A stretch of 64,000 nucleotides of DNA from Bdellovibrionota bacterium (lineage in GTDB: Bacteria > Bdellovibrionota_C > UBA2361 > JBIKUX01). Below are positions 59,698 to 64,000 of this stretch, piece by piece; position 1 is the first letter of the stretch, and every line of letters starts with the position of its first letter. A model generated the notes under the pieces. That model saw only the letters and a program-made list of their open reading frames with translations, was not told the origin of the DNA and searched no databases. Position numbers and translations under genes: made by a program. The stretch lies in contig JBIKUX010000009.1 of the NCBI GenBank assembly GCA_044347345.1, forward strand, positions 27,508-91,507. The letters run 5' to 3'.

Positions 59698-60978
59698 TTA
59701 GTCGTATCTAATAACTTCAATGGGCTCAACCCGACTTGCCTTACTTGCAGGGTAGTATGTCGCAATTGCACAGATGCCAAACGCTGAAATGGCCACAAGA
59801 AAGACATTAGACGGGTCCAAATGAATTGGCAGAGTAGCCATTTGAAAAATTCGTTCATCAATGGGAAAACCATATTTTTGTAAAGCTAACGCAAAAATTA
59901 TGCCTCCAAGCGTTCCAATACCTACTCCTACTCCTCCAATAACCGCTCCTTGAATTCTAAATATCCAGCCAACATCACTTGCGGAAATACCGAGGGTTCT
60001 AAGAATACCAATGTCCCTACGCTTTTCGACAACAATCATCACTAAAGAACTAACAATGGAAAAGCTCGCCATGACTACTATTAAAAGAAGAACTGTGAAA
60101 TAAACTCTTTTTTCGAGACGAAGAGCCTCAAAAAAAGCCCTATTTGTCTCTGTCCAAGGCTGGGCTACGTAAGAAGAACCAAGCTGATTTAAAATCATAC
60201 TAGCTATAGCAGGAGCCTTATCTATAGCGTCTAATCGGATTTCTGCACCCGAAATAGAGAATCCATTACTTGCCTCACCAATACGAAAAAACTGTTGAGC
60301 CACCTGCAACGCTACATAGACAAGGCCACTTTCGTACTCAACAAGACCAGATTGATAGATTCCAACAACCTTAAATCTTCTATATCGTGGCATAAGCCCA
60401 AACGGTGATGACGTTACTTGAGACGAAAGAAGAGATACTCGCGAACCTACAAATACCCCAAGTGATCTAGCTAGTTCCCTTCCTATTATGATCCCAGGTA
60501 AATTTGATTCATTGTCTTTAGAGTCGGAATAAAGATTATCCTCTCTATATAGCTTATCTAGCTGGGAATCATCTTTTAAATATCTACCAAGTTGGTCAGC
60601 TGTCGCAGATTCTTTGGCGATACCGCGCACAAGCACACCCGAGGAGTGATTATCCGAGCGAATTAATGCCTGACTGCTTGTATAAGGAGATACGCTGCTA
60701 ATTTGTTGGTCAGCGTCTTTAATACGTTCCAAAACAGAACGCCAATCTGATATGTCTCCCCCAACCTGTCTAACAACAATATGAGCATCAGCTCCGAGAA
60801 TTTTCTCTCTTAAAGTTACTTCAAAGCCAGTCATGACTGCCATGACAACATTCAAAGTTATTACACCTACAGTTACACCTAGAATAGCAATTACCGTTAT
60901 AATTGTTATTGCTGCATCCTTTCTACCACTCCATAGGTACCGCATAGCGATACGCCAAGCTAAACCTCTTGCTTTCAC
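59698..60978 (-). CDS. lolC: Lipoprotein-releasing ABC transporter permease LolC/E
   Basis: A.RYL, V.AVMTGF, W.E.N..FF.AL.LEK, YPA.KASRV.P.EV.RY. Confidence 0.92.
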   Translation of the reverse strand: MKARGLAWRIAMRYLWSGRKDAAITIITVIAILGVTVGVITLNVVMAVMTGFEVTLREKILGADAHIVVRQVGGDISDWRSVLERIKDADQQISSVSPYTSSQALIRSDNHSSGVLVRGIAKESATADQLGRYLKDDSQLDKLYREDNLYSDSKDNESNLPGIIIGRELARSLGVFVGSRVSLLSSQVTSSPFGLMPRYRRFKVVGIYQSGLVEYESGLVYVALQVAQQFFRIGEASNGFSISGAEIRLDAIDKAPAIASMILNQLGSSYVAQPWTETNRAFFEALRLEKRVYFTVLLLIVVMASFSIVSSLVMIVVEKRRDIGILRTLGISASDVGWIFRIQGAVIGGVGVGIGTLGGIIFALALQKYGFPIDERIFQMATLPIHLDPSNVFLVAISAFGICAIATYYPASKASRVEPIEVIRYD

Positions 60979-62528
60979 TCTGAAGCTCCAACTTTTCGAA
61001 GTTGCGGAAACAAAAGAACCTCTCTAATAGATGACTGATCGGTTAAAAGCATTACTAGTCTGTCTATACCGATTCCTTCTCCTGCCGTTGGTGGTAGCCC
61101 ATACTCAAGAGCCCTGAGGTAATCTTCATCTATATCAGGTGATTCAAGGTCTCCATTTGCTTTGCGAATCGCTTGATCATTAAACCTATTTCGTTGGTCA
61201 ATTGGATCATTCAATTCGGAAAAGCCATTTGCTATCTCCATACCAGCAATAATTAATTCGAAACGGTCAGTAACTCTATTGTCGGTATCTGAGACTCTAG
61301 CTAGTGGAGAAATAGATACCGGGTGATGAGTTATAAATGTAGGAGAGCGCAATTTAGGCTCAACTAAAGCTTCCCATAATGCTTCAACCACTCGACCCCA
61401 ATCATCTTCACCATCCGGTAGTGAAATCTGTTTTTCTAAGGCTGCACGTTTAAGAGAAAAAACATCGTCAAGATTGACATCATTGCCAAGACCTCCAATG
61501 CTTCTGAGAGAATCTCTCATCGACACAACCGCAAATGGAGCCTCTAAAGATATGGTTTCCCCCTGAAAAATAATAGACCGCGCACCGTTATGCACTTTGT
61601 CCAAAAGAAAAATTAGCAGCTTTTCGGTAAGCTGCATCGCATCAACAAAGGTTGCATAAGCCTGATAAAACTCAAGCATGGTAAATTCTGGATTATGGCG
61701 ACGAGAAAGACCTTCATTTCTAAAAACGCGACCAAGTTCATAAACTCGCTCAAGACCACCAACCACCAGTTTTTTTAAAGGTAGCTCCAGAGCAATTCTG
61801 AGAAACATATCATTTCCAAGCGCATTGTGATGCGTAGCAAAAGGGCGCGCCGTAGCTCCACCAGCTACATGGGATAAAGTTGGTGTTTCTACTTCAAGAA
61901 AATTATTGTCATCGAAAAAATTTCTTACTAAGGAGATAATTTTTGCCCGCGTACGAAAAATACTTCTTACGTCCGGATTGGCAATTAAATCAACATATCG
62001 TTGCCGAAAACGTGCTTCAGTATCAGAAAGTCCGTGCCATTTTTCCGGAAGTGGCACAAGACCTTTTACGAGAAGACGAAAAGAAGACACTGCTATAGTA
62101 GGCTCTCCTGTTTTAGTAATAAATACGCTCCCCGTAACTTCAACGATATCACCAAGGTCAAGAGATATGAAATGTTCGTATAATTGAGTGCCTATTTCGT
62201 CTTTTCTGATGTATATTTGAAATCGGCCCGTAGCATCAAAAATGTGAGCAAACGAAGCTTTGCCCATTTGTCGGATTGATACAAATCGACCCGCAAGAGT
62301 AAATATCTTGCCAACAAGACTATTAGAGAGCTCTTTTTCGTTTTCACTGTGAGTTCCTAAACCTCTAAGCTCTACAGCAGTTAGTGTTACAGATACATTG
62401 TTAGGAAAATCAAAGCCGACGCTTCTTAACTTTAAGAGTTTTTCATGTCTGAGCTGCTCCTGTTCAGAGCGAACACAATCGTAACGGTCACAATTATCCA
62501 TATTTTCGTAGTCAGAGAAATCGTTCAT
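60975..62528 (-). CDS. lysS: Lysine--tRNA ligase (class II)
   Basis: GKASF, PLPEKWHGL, RQRYVDL, GGATARPF.T, FRNEG, HNPEFTM, YGLPPTAGEGIGIDRL. Confidence 0.98.
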   Translation of the reverse strand: MNDFSDYENMDNCDRYDCVRSEQEQLRHEKLLKLRSVGFDFPNNVSVTLTAVELRGLGTHSENEKELSNSLVGKIFTLAGRFVSIRQMGKASFAHIFDATGRFQIYIRKDEIGTQLYEHFISLDLGDIVEVTGSVFITKTGEPTIAVSSFRLLVKGLVPLPEKWHGLSDTEARFRQRYVDLIANPDVRSIFRTRAKIISLVRNFFDDNNFLEVETPTLSHVAGGATARPFATHHNALGNDMFLRIALELPLKKLVVGGLERVYELGRVFRNEGLSRRHNPEFTMLEFYQAYATFVDAMQLTEKLLIFLLDKVHNGARSIIFQGETISLEAPFAVVSMRDSLRSIGGLGNDVNLDDVFSLKRAALEKQISLPDGEDDWGRVVEALWEALVEPKLRSPTFITHHPVSISPLARVSDTDNRVTDRFELIIAGMEIANGFSELNDPIDQRNRFNDQAIRKANGDLESPDIDEDYLRALEYGLPPTAGEGIGIDRLVMLLTDQSSIREVLLFPQLRKVGASE

Positions 62529-62749
62529 TTTTTGCTATCCTTAATAGCCAACCGATAATTTTAAGCAAAATTATTAAAACTCATTTCCTTTAAGTATAAT
62601 CCTAAGACACTTTGAGCCAATACTACCTAGATAAGCTGAGAAAGTTACCAAAAAACAGCGCTAAAATAAGAGAACAACCCAATACTCCCGTAGAAGGTAA
62701 CTTTTTATCTACTAGCTAACTTTTTTAGTACCTTTAGTTTTACTGTCAT

Positions 62750-63877
62750 CTACTTGAGTAGCATTTCACTTACAGCCCATTCAACAGGTGCAAAGTTATC
62801 GCTGTAGGCTGAAGCGTTGCCAGAAAGTGAATCTACCACTGACGATACCACTAGAGCTTTAGATAAACCAAATGCTTCGGCAACACTTTGATCGTAATGA
62901 GTGCTTTTTTTTGTCGCAAATCCTGCAACCATAATATTACTAATTTTATCACTTGGACTTAACTGAACTAAGTAAGAGGAGGGAAAGGTTTTTGCCACAC
63001 CAGTGAGAAGGGGATTTAAGTGAGCACACCTAGAAGATAAACATCCCACAACATTCATAATCACCATACCGTCTGGAGACAAAAGGCTCAGAATTGACCT
63101 AAAGCTCTCTAGGGTAACCATGGTAAAGGGAGGAATCCCAGAGGTTCCAAAAACGTCGATGGCAATTAAATCAAATGTCTTTGGATGGGTTAGAGATAAT
63201 CTGTTAATAGCCACTCGTGCATCATCATGAATGACTTGAATTTTGTTGTCAGGCTTAAAGGCAAAATAAAGCTCGGATAAAGCGGTAATTTGAGGATCAC
63301 GCTCAACAGCCAAAATAGACGCGTTGCCATTCTGTTTATTATTTAAGTCCCTAGCTAGAGTAAAACCGCCCGCACCAAGGATAAGTATTTTTTTTATTTG
63401 GGGAACTAATTCCAAACCGGCGCGGTATGAACGAATATAATCAATTATGACATCATCAGGCTCTTTAGGGTCAACTGCTACTTGAACTCCATAAGGGTCA
63501 GTCATCAACATTCTCACCTGACGAGACCCAAGAAATCCTGATACTACTTTGCCGTGAATATAAGCGGTGTCTACTACAAAATTTCCCCGCTTAGCCTCTA
63601 AAATGGAAATTTGTTTCAGTACAAACCAAAGAAGAAGTAATACAATTATTGTAACTGAGAACAAAATAAAACGTGTATTTGTAGCAAGTGATCCCCGACT
63701 TCCAGCACCAATGAATCCAGCTAATAAAATTACTAACCCAGTTGTACTAAATATTTCTCTAGTACCTATGGTAGTAAAAAGGAATAAGCCAGTTACAAGA
63801 CTGCCCATAATGCTACCAATATTACTACAAGCACTTAAAAGGCCACCCCTAGCACCGGCAGTCTCTTTATCAGTCAC
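62750..63877 (-). pseudogene. 3' part of a fused membrane domain/spermidine synthase-like methyltransferase gene, interrupted by an IS
   Basis: Begins mid membrane domain (GSIMGSLVTG) exactly at the IS end; ILGAGG, VERDP, DAR, IDVF, DNFAPVE motifs. Confidence 0.75.
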
Positions 63878-64000
63878 TGCCCTGCCCCCCTGTAATAGCT
63901 ACGTGATGATGTATAGTCCTCTTTAACAGGAGGACGAGATGAGAAAGCGATTTACGGAGGATCAGATAGTGAGGATTCTCCAGGAAGCGGCTGCTGGCGG
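63878..64000 (+). mobile_element. Left end of an IS3-family (IS407-group-like) insertion sequence, truncated by the window
   Basis: Starts TGCCCTGCCCCCC, resembling IS407-group left ends; RBS AGGAGG; orfA follows. Confidence 0.85.
63939..64000 (+). CDS. IS3-family transposase OrfA, 3'-partial
   Basis: MRKRFTEDQIVRILQEAAAG matches the typical RF.EEQI..IL.E OrfA N-terminus. Confidence 0.85.
   Translation, partial: MRKRFTEDQIVRILQEAAAG

Overview
A mostly housekeeping, AT-rich bacterial chromosomal segment from a Gram-negative, flagellated organism. The gene order (coaBC-UDG-like-nfeD-slipin-queA-tgt; tol-pal; lysS-lolCD-bamA-skp-fabZ-lpxA-lpxI) suggests a former-Deltaproteobacteria/Bdellovibrionota-like lineage; this is inference. 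It contains glycolysis (gap, tpiA), Tol-Pal, tRNA/rRNA modification, lipid A/outer-membrane biogenesis, dnaB, guaA, der, rnc, two divergent fliD paralogues, an isolated flagellin, and an IS3-family element cutting a gene at the right edge. The most unusual structure is at 51433-52020. Five near-identical 103-bp units each start with the first 26 nt of tRNA-Lys(UUU) and carry a 19-nt antisense copy of its D-arm region. They sit between a sigma70-type promoter and the one complete tRNA-Lys gene, next to iscS-mnmA-rnc. Also notable: four intact ORFs whose folds are recognisable but whose catalytic residues appear lost (UDG-like, NYN, YkuD-like, thioesterase II-like), a head-to-head paralogue pair about 38 bp apart, and several long hairpins. 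All calls are from motif recognition by eye; no searches were run.
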